From NCBI RefSeq assembly GCF_000025685.1, contig NC_013967.1, positions 1,800,001 to 1,832,000 on the forward strand: a stretch of 32,000 bases of DNA, written 5' to 3'. Made by a program: the position numbers and the translations under genes. The stretch comes from Haloferax volcanii DS2 (GTDB lineage Archaea; Halobacteriota; Halobacteria; Halobacteriales; Haloferacaceae). Below, piece after piece: positions 17,248 through 24,975 of the stretch. Each line of letters begins with the position of its first letter. Within the stretch, counting starts at the first letter, position 1. The notes beneath the pieces are model-generated. The model had not been told where the DNA came from. It ran no database searches and saw nothing but the letters and a program-made list of their open reading frames with translations.

Positions 17248-17931
17248 TCAGCCGACCCCCGCCGCCAACTCGTCGCGGTAGCGGTAGACGACCGCCGAGG
17301 CGACGACGCCGATTCCGACGAGGAGCGCCACCGCCTCGTAGTTCGCCGCGCCCGCGTTCTGCCCGGCGGCCGCGGCGAGCGCGAACGTCGGCAGGCGACC
17401 GACGGCGACGAGGACGACGAGCGTCCGCAGTCGAAGCGGCGAGAGCCCGGCGAGCGCGCAGAGCGCGTCGTCCGGGAACGCGGGCAGGAGAAACAGGACG
17501 AACAGCCCGGCGGTGCCCCGGCGGTCGGCGAAGCCGTCGAACCGCGCGAGGGCGTCGTCGGTGACGAGACGCTCGACCGCGGGCCGGCCGAAGCGCCGGG
17601 CGAGCAGGAAGACGATTGCGCTTCCGGCGACGACGCCGACCATGCTGTACGCCGTGCCGGCGACCGTCCCGAACAGATAGCCGCCGACGGCGGCGAGCGC
17701 TTGGCCGGGAATCGGCGCGAGAATCACCTGAAGCGTCTGGATACCGACGAACACCAGCGGGGCGAACGGGCCGGTCGATTCGACGGCCGAGCGGACCCAC
17801 GCCGGGTTAGCGAGGCGCGGGGCGAACACGGCGACGCCGACCGCGACGGCCGCGAAAGCGACCGCGACGGCCCCGATTCTGACGAGCGCCGCGTTCCGCG
17901 CCGCGGGCGAGTCGAACAGGCGACCGGTCAC
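17248..17931 (-). CDS. DedA / TVP38-TMEM64 (SNARE-associated) family membrane protein
   Basis: 227 aa, multi-pass, with the DedA-like core ...ILAPIPGQALAAVGGYLFG...FLLARRFGR...FLLPAFPDDALCALAGLS. Its GTG start (17929-17931) overlaps the TGA (17928-17930) of the upstream PHP gene. Confidence 0.84.
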   Translation of the reverse strand: MTGRLFDSPAARNAALVRIGAVAVAFAAVAVGVAVFAPRLANPAWVRSAVESTGPFAPLVFVGIQTLQVILAPIPGQALAAVGGYLFGTVAGTAYSMVGVVAGSAIVFLLARRFGRPAVERLVTDDALARFDGFADRRGTAGLFVLFLLPAFPDDALCALAGLSPLRLRTLVVLVAVGRLPTFALAAAAGQNAGAANYEAVALLVGIGVVASAVVYRYRDELAAGVG

Positions 17932-18632
17932 AGGAACGAGGCGGTCTTGAGCCGGGCGTTCAGCGCGTACTTCCGCAGGTACTGGCGGGCGGTCGTCCGC
18001 GTCCCGCGAGCGACGGTTCGCCCGGCGCGAATCCCCTCCAAGATGGCGTCCGTCGTGACGCCGCCGTCCGCCTCGACCGAGACGGCCGTGTACGCCTGTC
18101 CGACCAGCGCGGGCCGGTGGGCATCGCTCCCGCCCGTGCCCGGGAGTCCCTGCCGGCGGGCGTAGCGCCGCGCCTGTCCGTTTCTGAATCCGGTGAGCGT
18201 GTGGGCGTTGTACGCCTCGATGGCGTCAACGTCCCGAATCGCCCGCCGGGACGCGCCGTGTCGGAACGTCTGAAACGGGTGCGGCACGACCGCGAGTCCG
18301 CCCGCCTCGCGGACCTCTCGTGCCGTCTCCGAGAGCGGTTGCCTCGTCGCCGGCGGGTCGTCGACCCCGAGCGCGAGGAGGTGGCCGTCGGCCGTCGAGA
18401 CCTCGACGCCGGGGACGACCCGGACGCCGTACTCGTGGGCGATGTCGAACGCCCGCGGGAGCGCCCCGACCGAGTCGTGGTCGGTGATGGCGACCGCGTC
18501 GAGGCCGACCGCCGCCGCGCGGGCCAACACCGCCTCGACCGACATCTCGCAGTCGTAGGAGGCGTCGGTGTGGACGTGGAGGTCCACCGCGAGCGTTCGC
18601 GCTCCCCGCGAGCCCTGCGCCCGACCGCTCAT
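17928..18632 (-). CDS. PHP-domain metal-dependent phosphoesterase (TrpH/YciV, COG0613-like)
   Basis: 234 aa from ATG 18630-18632. DLHVHTDASYDCEMSVEAVLARAAAVGLDAVAITDHDS is the PHP motif set. Its ATG overlaps the TGA (18629-18631) of the upstream gene. Confidence 0.85.
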   Translation of the reverse strand: MSGRAQGSRGARTLAVDLHVHTDASYDCEMSVEAVLARAAAVGLDAVAITDHDSVGALPRAFDIAHEYGVRVVPGVEVSTADGHLLALGVDDPPATRQPLSETAREVREAGGLAVVPHPFQTFRHGASRRAIRDVDAIEAYNAHTLTGFRNGQARRYARRQGLPGTGGSDAHRPALVGQAYTAVSVEADGGVTTDAILEGIRAGRTVARGTRTTARQYLRKYALNARLKTASFL

Positions 18633-19327
18633 ACCACGCCGAATTCGAGCGCGAGGCAGCCGACGACCGTTAGGACGCCGGCGACGCCGACGAGGACGTG
18701 CCCCGCGTCGGTCTTGTACGCCTTGTAGTCGGAGGTCATGAGCGGGCAGACCGCCACGATGATCGCGCCCGCGACCCAGCCGTTCCACGGCGGGACGAAC
18801 TGGAGGAGGAAGTAGTTCGCCAGCACGACGAGGTGCGTGTGGACGACCGTCGTCCCGTGGTAGTACGAGGTGCCGCCCTCGTCGCCGAACCCCTCGCTGT
18901 TGTGGCGGATGAGTCGCAGGCCGCCGAAGGTGAGGACGACGAAGCCGACGACGGCGCTCACGGCCGGGCTGGGCGCGAGCGCGACGTGGTACAGGAGCGC
19001 CGCCGACACGAGGTACGCGAAGATGTCGATAAACGAGTCTATCTGTCGGCCGAACGCCGAGGCGGTCCCGGTTTTGCGGGCGTAGTAGCCGTCGGCCTTG
19101 TCGAAGGCGAAGCCGGCGAGGACGGCCACGATGGCCCAGTTCGGCTCGCCCGACACGAACAGTATCGCGCCGACCCACGCCCAGAAGAGCGCGCCCAGAC
19201 TCAACCAGTCCGCGGTCCCGAGCCGCGAAATCATGTTCTCCCCCGTCGATGAGCGCACGACCTCGCTCGCCCGCGCGTCGACCGCGTCCAGCCTCCCGCG
19301 AACTGCTGACCTGAGTTCGTCCGTCAT
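18629..19327 (-). CDS. CDP-alcohol phosphatidyltransferase family protein (archaeal polar-lipid head-group transferase)
   Basis: The signature D-G-x2-A-R-x8-G-x3-D-x3-D is read directly in DKADGYYARKTGTASAFGRQIDSFIDIF. 232 aa, multi-pass membrane protein. Confidence 0.88.
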   Translation of the reverse strand: MTDELRSAVRGRLDAVDARASEVVRSSTGENMISRLGTADWLSLGALFWAWVGAILFVSGEPNWAIVAVLAGFAFDKADGYYARKTGTASAFGRQIDSFIDIFAYLVSAALLYHVALAPSPAVSAVVGFVVLTFGGLRLIRHNSEGFGDEGGTSYYHGTTVVHTHLVVLANYFLLQFVPPWNGWVAGAIIVAVCPLMTSDYKAYKTDAGHVLVGVAGVLTVVGCLALEFGVV

Positions 19328-19330
19328 GCC

Positions 19331-19415
19331 TGTCTGTCAGACACACTCGGGCGACCGAGTATAAATTTAACCGATATAGTATATATAAATAAAATATCTA
19401 TATACTAATATTCCC
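19331..19415 (-). promoter_or_regulatory. Promoter/operator region of the lipid operon: two short palindromes next to the ATG plus a 55-bp stretch that is about 85 percent A+T
   Basis: TGTCTG-T-CAGACA at 19331-19343. ACTCGG-GCGA-CCGAGT at 19345-19360. An AT-rich island at 19361-19415 contains TTTATA-like boxes and a 9-bp inverted repeat, TAGTATATA (19377-19385) paired with TATATACTA (19399-19407). Confidence 0.5.
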
Positions 19416-19454
19416 GAACGGAGCGCTCGGGACGGCACTGACTGTTCTGTACCG

Positions 19455-20090
19455 CTATGAACGCGGTTTGACGCGCCGGCGTCGCCACGGCCCGACCCGG
19501 TAGTACGCCCGGGTGCAGGCGACTCGGAAACTGACGCTCTCGAAGGTCCACTGCGAGGGTCGGTTGTCGCGGGCGACGAGCGCGTGGACCGTCTCGGCTC
19601 CCCGTTCGCCGGCGACGGCGACGGCCCGCGAGACGAGCGCGGTGGCGACGCCGCGGTTCCGCGCCTCGGGCGCGACGAACACCCGGCGGACGTAGCCGCC
19701 GGGGAACGTCACGTCGGCCTCCAGCGGGTGGACGTGGTACGTCAGGCCGGGGTCACCGAGGAAGAGGTAGCCGACGAGGTCGGAGTCCGCGACTTCACCG
19801 TTCTCACCGCCCTCGCCGTCTCTCCCTCCGCTCTCGGCGTCGAATGCGCACACCGCCGTCTCGTCGTCTCGGAGTTCGGAAAACGCGTCGTAACGCCCCT
19901 CGAATCGACGCGTCTCCGCGGGGTCGAGCGCGCGAATCTCGACTCCCGACGGGGGGTCGCGGTCGGTGTCCGCCGCGGCGGCGTCCGCGACGTACTCGTC
20001 CATCTGCGTCGCCGTGAGGCCGCGGGCCTTGAGCGCGTCGTAGACGCGGCGGGCCGTCTCGGTCCGGGTCAACCGCCAGAGCGCGGGCAT
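19455..20090 (-). CDS. GNAT family acetyltransferase
   Basis: Motif A RRVFVAPEARNRGVATALV. ATG 20088-20090 (MPALWRLTRTE...) is preferred over the longer ORF to 20150. Confidence 0.78.
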   Translation of the reverse strand: MPALWRLTRTETARRVYDALKARGLTATQMDEYVADAAAADTDRDPPSGVEIRALDPAETRRFEGRYDAFSELRDDETAVCAFDAESGGRDGEGGENGEVADSDLVGYLFLGDPGLTYHVHPLEADVTFPGGYVRRVFVAPEARNRGVATALVSRAVAVAGERGAETVHALVARDNRPSQWTFESVSFRVACTRAYYRVGPWRRRRVKPRS

Positions 20091-20204
20091 CGTCAGTCGC
20101 CTCGAAGCGCCGCGAGAAAAGCCCACCGTCACCGTGGGTATCGGTGCCACACGCCGCCGTCAGCGCCCGAAACGGGGAAAAGGCCCGGTGGCGTACAGCG
20201 GGTG

Positions 20205-20708
20205 ATGACCGAGTCCGAGTCCGACACCGAGGCCGAGGCCGAGTCCGAGCGAACGGGAACGTTTCTCGTCACCGCCGCCGACGAGGAGTCGGCCGTCCTG
20301 AAGGACGTTCACTCCGGGCAGGTCCACGCGCTCTCGTCGAACCCCGGCGTCTCCGAGGACGAAGCCGTCCGCGGGACCGTCGCGCCCGACCCGCCGATGA
20401 ACGTCTCGTGGCAGCTCGTGGAGGTCGAGTCGCGCTGGACCGTCTCCGTCGAGCGCTCGACCGAGTCGCCGACGACGAACTCCCGGGACATCGCCGCCGA
20501 CAACCCCGACGGCGAACTCGTCCGCGAGGAACGCGCCGGAACCGGCGAGATTCACGTCCTGTCGGTCCCCGACGACATGACCGAACAGGCCGTCGACGAC
20601 ATCCTCGACGACAGAGAAGGTCTGCTCTCGCGGGCCGCCAGACTCGACGTGAACCGCGTCGAAATCCGCTCGCAGTCGGGCGTCGTCGCGGTCCGCTACA
20701 TGCCCTGA
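20205..20708 (+). CDS. Acidic hypothetical protein (167 aa), haloarchaeal conserved-looking
   Basis: ATG 20205 (MTESESDTEAEAESERTGTFLVTAADEESAVLKDV...). Very acidic with high GC3. No family assigned with confidence. Confidence 0.7.
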   Translation: MTESESDTEAEAESERTGTFLVTAADEESAVLKDVHSGQVHALSSNPGVSEDEAVRGTVAPDPPMNVSWQLVEVESRWTVSVERSTESPTTNSRDIAADNPDGELVREERAGTGEIHVLSVPDDMTEQAVDDILDDREGLLSRAARLDVNRVEIRSQSGVVAVRYMP

Positions 20709-20757
20709 CAGGTCGGTCTTCACCCCGGAGTCCGTCTCGCGTTCTACCTCTCGCGTT

Positions 20758-21099
20758 CTACCGCTGTTCCGCCGTCGAGGAGACCGGCCCGTCCGCGCTC
20801 TGGACGCACCAGCCGCCGTGGACGCTCCCCTCGCGTTCGACGAACTCGACTGTCGTCTCGTCGTCGATGCGGGTCGTCCCTTCGGGGTCGAGTTCCTCCA
20901 CGCGGAGCGTCAGCGTCAGCGAGTCGCCGCAACAGCCAACGTCGAGGAACTCTTCCCACTCGTCGCCCGGCGCGGCGTCCTCGTGGACCCGTCGCAGGTA
21001 GGTCACGAAGCGGTCGGCGGTCAGCTGGTCGTGGCCCCACGCGCTGAGTTCGTCGGGGAAGGAGACGACCACGCGGGTCGCCGTCGGTTCGGTCGTCAT
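20758..21099 (-). CDS. Acidic hypothetical protein (113 aa)
   Basis: ATG start, acidic composition and good GC3. No recognisable motif. Confidence 0.62.
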   Translation of the reverse strand: MTTEPTATRVVVSFPDELSAWGHDQLTADRFVTYLRRVHEDAAPGDEWEEFLDVGCCGDSLTLTLRVEELDPEGTTRIDDETTVEFVEREGSVHGGWCVQSADGPVSSTAEQR

Positions 21100-21226
21100 A
21101 GTTCACGATTGTCGGCCAACGACTATGGGCCTGTCGCGGGTTCGCCGCGCGCTCGCCAGACCGCGCCGCGGCCGAAATCGTCCGCGGATAAGAAACCTTA
21201 TTCCGCACCGCTCAGGACCGCAACCC

Positions 21227-22090
21227 ATGGTTGAGTTTACGGTACCGGAGGTAGACTACACCCGGTACACGAATCGCCAACTCGCGGCCGTCCCCCTCGC
21301 GGTCCTCGCGGTGGCCCTACTGGTCATCGGTGGGTGGTACGTCGCGACTGGTGCGCCGGTGAATCCGGGCGTCGACTTCACCGGCGGTACCGAACTCCGC
21401 ATCGCAACGGATGCCCCGCAAAGCGAGGTTGCCGCGGCCTTCGATAGCCAGCCCGAATCGATTCGCTCCGTCGCGGCCGACGGAACCTACGTCGTGACGT
21501 TCCAGTCGGGGAGCGCGACATCGACCGAACTCCAGACGCAGGCCGAGGACGCCGGCTTCGAAGTCAGGTCTATCGACGCCGTGTCGGCCAACTTCGGCGG
21601 CGAGACGCAACTGCTCGCCCTCGGCGGCCTCGCGGTCGCCTTCGCGGGCATGAGCGTCCTCGTGTTCGCCATGTTCCGCTCCTTTGTCCCCTCCATCGCG
21701 GTCGTCCTCTCGGCGTTCTCCGACATCGTCATCCCGGTGGCGCTGATGAACCTCTTCGGCATCGAACTGTCGTTGGGGACCGTCGCGGCGCTCCTGATGC
21801 TCATCGGGTACTCGGTGGACTCGGACATCCTCCTGAACAATCACGTCCTCCGGCGCTCCGGTGACTTCTACGAGTCGACCGCGCGCGCCATGCGCACCGG
21901 CGTGACCATGACGCTCACGTCTATCGCGGCGATGATCGTCATGACCATCATGGCGACGCTGTTCGGGATTCAACTGCTCGCAGCTATCGGGACGGTCCTC
22001 GTGTTCGGCCTCACCGCCGACCTGATGAACACCTACATGCTGAACGTGACCCTCCTTCGCTGGTACAAGTTCGAGGGGGTGACTCGATGA
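21227..22090 (+). CDS. secF: Protein-export membrane protein SecF
   Basis: 287 aa from ATG 21227 (MVEFTVPEVDYTRYTNRQL...). Six-TM SecF architecture. TTATT lies 27 nt upstream. The stop overlaps the secD ATG (ATGA at 22087-22090). Confidence 0.9.
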   Translation: MVEFTVPEVDYTRYTNRQLAAVPLAVLAVALLVIGGWYVATGAPVNPGVDFTGGTELRIATDAPQSEVAAAFDSQPESIRSVAADGTYVVTFQSGSATSTELQTQAEDAGFEVRSIDAVSANFGGETQLLALGGLAVAFAGMSVLVFAMFRSFVPSIAVVLSAFSDIVIPVALMNLFGIELSLGTVAALLMLIGYSVDSDILLNNHVLRRSGDFYESTARAMRTGVTMTLTSIAAMIVMTIMATLFGIQLLAAIGTVLVFGLTADLMNTYMLNVTLLRWYKFEGVTR

Positions 22091-23661
22091 GCACGCTCCG
22101 CGACAACTGGCGGGTCATATTCCTCGTCGCGGCCATCCTGCTATCGACGTTCGCCCTCTTCTCGCCGACGATGGGCAATCAGTCCCCAATCGGCGAGGAC
22201 GACAGCGCGACGAACCTCCAGTTCGGTCTCCAACTCGACGGCGGGACGCGCATCCGCGCGCCGCTCGTCGGCGTCACCGCCGAAGACGTCGAGTTCGAAG
22301 GCGACTCCGAGCGCGTCGTCGAACGGCAGGTCGCCGCCCAGATAGCCGGTGCCGACGCCGCGGACATCATCGTCCGCACGGGCGCTGAGTCCAGCACGGT
22401 CGAAGCGACCATCGAGAACGTCACGGCCGACGACCTGAGCGCCGCGCTCGACGCCGCGGGCTACGCCCACGGCGAGGTCAGAGACGGCGTCACCGGGACG
22501 ACCCGCGCCGAGACGGTTCGCGTCCTCCAGTCGAAGATTAACGAGGCCGGCCTCTCCGGCGGGACGGTCCAGCAGGTGACCACGGCGACGGGCGAGCACT
22601 TCATCCTCGTCGAGGTCCCCAACCGCGACCAGTCCGACGTCGTCGACCTCGTCGGCGAGCGCGGGACGGTCCAAATCGACATCTACTACCCGACCGGAAC
22701 GGACAACGGCTCGCGGACCTACGAGACGCGCGAGGCCGTCCTGACGCAGGCCGACTTCACCTCCATCGGGACCGCACAGGAGTCCCAGACCGGAAGCGGG
22801 GCGTTCGTCCCCGTCTCCGTCCGCGACGACCCCGCGGCGGAGTTCCAGACGGCAATTCAGGACACCGGCCTCGCCCAACCCGGCGGGACGCGGTGTACCT
22901 ACATGGAAGACGGCGGTCGGAACACGACCGAGGGCTGTCTCCTGCTCGTCGTCAACGGCGAGGTCGTCAACGCCTTCGGTATGAGCGGCGGGCTCGCCGA
23001 CACCATGCGGGCCGGCGAGTGGGCCGGAGCGCCGAGCTTCCAGCTCCAGACGCGCAACACGTCCGAGGCGCAGGAAATCGCCATCAACCTTCGCGCCGGT
23101 GCGCTGCCGGCCCGCCTCGACCTCTCGGGCGAGGATAGCGGCACCTCGTCGTACATCTCCCCGAGTCAGGGAGAGAGCTTCAAGTTCGACTCGCTCATCA
23201 CGGGCATCGTCGCGGTGCTCGCGGTCGCGGGCGTCGTCTTCATCCGCTACGGCAAACCGCAGGTCGCCCTGCCGATGATCGTCACCGGCCTCTCCGAGGT
23301 GTATATCCTCCTCGGATTCGCCGCGGCCATCGGCTACCCGCTCGACCTTTCCGTCATCGCCGGCTTCATCGCCGTCATCGGGACCGGGGTGGACGACCTC
23401 ATCATCATCGCCGACGAGGTGATGGGCGAAGGCTCCGTGAAGTCCCGCAAGGTCTTCCAGTCGCGGTTCCGCCGCGCCTTCTGGGTCATCGGTGCCGCCG
23501 CCGCGACGACCATCATCGCCATGAGCCCGCTCGCCGTGCTCTCGCTCGGTGACCTCCAGGGCTTCGCCATCTTCACCATCCTCGGCGTCATCGTCGGCGT
23601 GCTCGTCACCCGCCCGGCGTACGGTGACATCCTCCGACTCCTCCTGACCGAGGACCGCTGA
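22087..23661 (+). CDS. secD: Protein-export membrane protein SecD
   Basis: 524 aa with an N-terminal TM, a large periplasmic-type domain and a C-terminal 5-TM bundle (GFIAVIGTGVDDLIIIADE). Confidence 0.9.
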   Translation: MSTLRDNWRVIFLVAAILLSTFALFSPTMGNQSPIGEDDSATNLQFGLQLDGGTRIRAPLVGVTAEDVEFEGDSERVVERQVAAQIAGADAADIIVRTGAESSTVEATIENVTADDLSAALDAAGYAHGEVRDGVTGTTRAETVRVLQSKINEAGLSGGTVQQVTTATGEHFILVEVPNRDQSDVVDLVGERGTVQIDIYYPTGTDNGSRTYETREAVLTQADFTSIGTAQESQTGSGAFVPVSVRDDPAAEFQTAIQDTGLAQPGGTRCTYMEDGGRNTTEGCLLLVVNGEVVNAFGMSGGLADTMRAGEWAGAPSFQLQTRNTSEAQEIAINLRAGALPARLDLSGEDSGTSSYISPSQGESFKFDSLITGIVAVLAVAGVVFIRYGKPQVALPMIVTGLSEVYILLGFAAAIGYPLDLSVIAGFIAVIGTGVDDLIIIADEVMGEGSVKSRKVFQSRFRRAFWVIGAAAATTIIAMSPLAVLSLGDLQGFAIFTILGVIVGVLVTRPAYGDILRLLLTEDR

Positions 23662-23691
23662 GGCCGACCTCGATTCGGCCGACGCGTTTTT
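23662..23691 (+). terminator. Hairpin GGCCGA-CCUCGAU-UCGGCC followed by a U5 run immediately after the secD stop
   Basis: ggccga at 23662-23667 pairs with tcggcc at 23675-23680. ttttt is at 23687-23691. Confidence 0.5.
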
Positions 23692-23859
23692 GCCGACCGC
23701 CCCCCGGACACCGCGAAGTCGCGATTCCGTCCGCTCGGGCGGCCTCGACGATTCTCGAAGCTGATATCTCCGTGCCCGGACGAGCGTTCTCTATTTCAGA
23801 ATCGGCAGACTGCGGCGGTTTCGCTCGTCCTCACCGGGGCGGATTCGCCGACAGAATAA

Positions 23860-23878
23860 TATAGACTGTCTATAAAAT
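23860..23878 (+). promoter_or_regulatory. Perfect palindrome TATAGAC-T-GTCTATA merging into TATAAAAT (TATA box candidate) upstream of the small protein gene
   Basis: Read directly at 23860-23874. TATAAAAT is at 23871-23878, about 65-70 nt upstream of ATG 23943. Confidence 0.4.
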
Positions 23879-23942
23879 ATTGAGTGAAGCGGCAACCAAG
23901 CAACCGCCGCCCGTCGGTAATCACGGTGCACGCACTCCACTC

Positions 23943-24173
23943 ATGGACGATACGACCCTTCGACACGACGACCCGGACGCGACGACGACCCGCCCGGACG
24001 CCTTGCGGCGCTCCGACGCCGCGGACGACGAACTCGTCGCTATCGTCGCCCCGTACGACGACGCGCCCGACGAGTGCACCATCTTCCCCGCAGGACTCAC
24101 AGAAGACGAGCTGCTGACGACGTGGCTCTCCGCCCAGGAAGGCGCGTACGTCGCGCTCGCCGAGATGCGGTAA
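23943..24173 (+). CDS. Small acidic haloarchaeal protein (76 aa) with an ECTIFP...TTWLSA...VALAEMR C-terminal motif
   Basis: GC3 is high from ATG 23943 onward and only about 50 percent in the TTG-initiated extension from 23880. The C-terminal motif resembles a recurrent small haloarchaeal family (name not recalled with certainty). Confidence 0.6.
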   Translation: MDDTTLRHDDPDATTTRPDALRRSDAADDELVAIVAPYDDAPDECTIFPAGLTEDELLTTWLSAQEGAYVALAEMR

Positions 24174-24239
24174 TCGTCTCCGCGATTCGCCTCCGAACTA
24201 CCGGCCCTCCACGTTTTCCACCGCCGGTTCCCCGACGCC

Positions 24240-24887
24240 TCAGAAATCCCCTAGTGACGACTGTTCGTGCGCGGCCACGAGGTCGGCGCACGTCGACCAC
24301 GACTTCCGCGCGCAGTCCGGCAGAATGCCGTGATCGCGGACGTACTCCCGCAGGAACTCGCGGGTCGTCCCGTCGCTCGGATAGCCGCTTCCGACCTCGC
24401 CGTACTCGTCAGCGATGGCCTCGACCCGTCGGTCGCGTTCGACTTTCGCCACGATGCTCGCCGCGCCGACGATGGCGTGTTCGTCGTCCGCGCGGTGCTG
24501 GGCGCGGACCGCGACCGAGACGCCCGCCTCGGCCAGACCCTCGCGGACGCGACGGCCGAATCTGGACTCGCTCACGTCGCCCGCGTCGCAGACGAGTTCG
24601 TCGGCGTCGACGGCGACTTCGGCGGCCGCTTCGACCTGCGCCCGGACGGTCAGCAGGTTCATGTCCGTCTCGGGGTCGTCGATGGTCTCGGGCTCGACGA
24701 ACGCGACGCCGACCGAGATGTCGTCGCGCTCTCGCAGCTCTGCGGCGAGTTCCTCGCGCCGCTCGGGGGCGAGGCGCTTCGAGTCGGCGATTCCGTCCGG
24801 GAGGGCGTCGGGGTCCCCTCGGACCGCCGCGGCGACCATCGGACCCAACACGGGTCCCTTTCCGGCCTCGTCGACGCCGATGTGCAT
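24240..24887 (-). CDS. rnhB: Ribonuclease HII
   Basis: MHIGVDEAGKGPVLGPMV (DEAGxG catalytic motif). 215 aa. TAATTTT lies 26 nt upstream of the ATG. Confidence 0.92.
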   Translation of the reverse strand: MHIGVDEAGKGPVLGPMVAAAVRGDPDALPDGIADSKRLAPERREELAAELRERDDISVGVAFVEPETIDDPETDMNLLTVRAQVEAAAEVAVDADELVCDAGDVSESRFGRRVREGLAEAGVSVAVRAQHRADDEHAIVGAASIVAKVERDRRVEAIADEYGEVGSGYPSDGTTREFLREYVRDHGILPDCARKSWSTCADLVAAHEQSSLGDF

Positions 24888-24975
24888 ACCTGGTCGGGTC
24901 TTGGGGTGGAAAATTAGAGGTTGCGGTCCGCGGCGACGCTCGTCGGCTCCCGCTGGCTCCGGCCGGCGTCTCGAT

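Noticed and set aside
19361-19415. AT-rich islands (here, 23851-23880, 28165-28260 and 31783-31860) as signs of horizontally acquired DNA or mobile-element ends.
   Set aside because: Each is only 30-95 bp, sits exactly at a promoter position, and is flanked by core genes with host-like composition. There is no integrase, transposase, tRNA target or long terminal repeat in the window.
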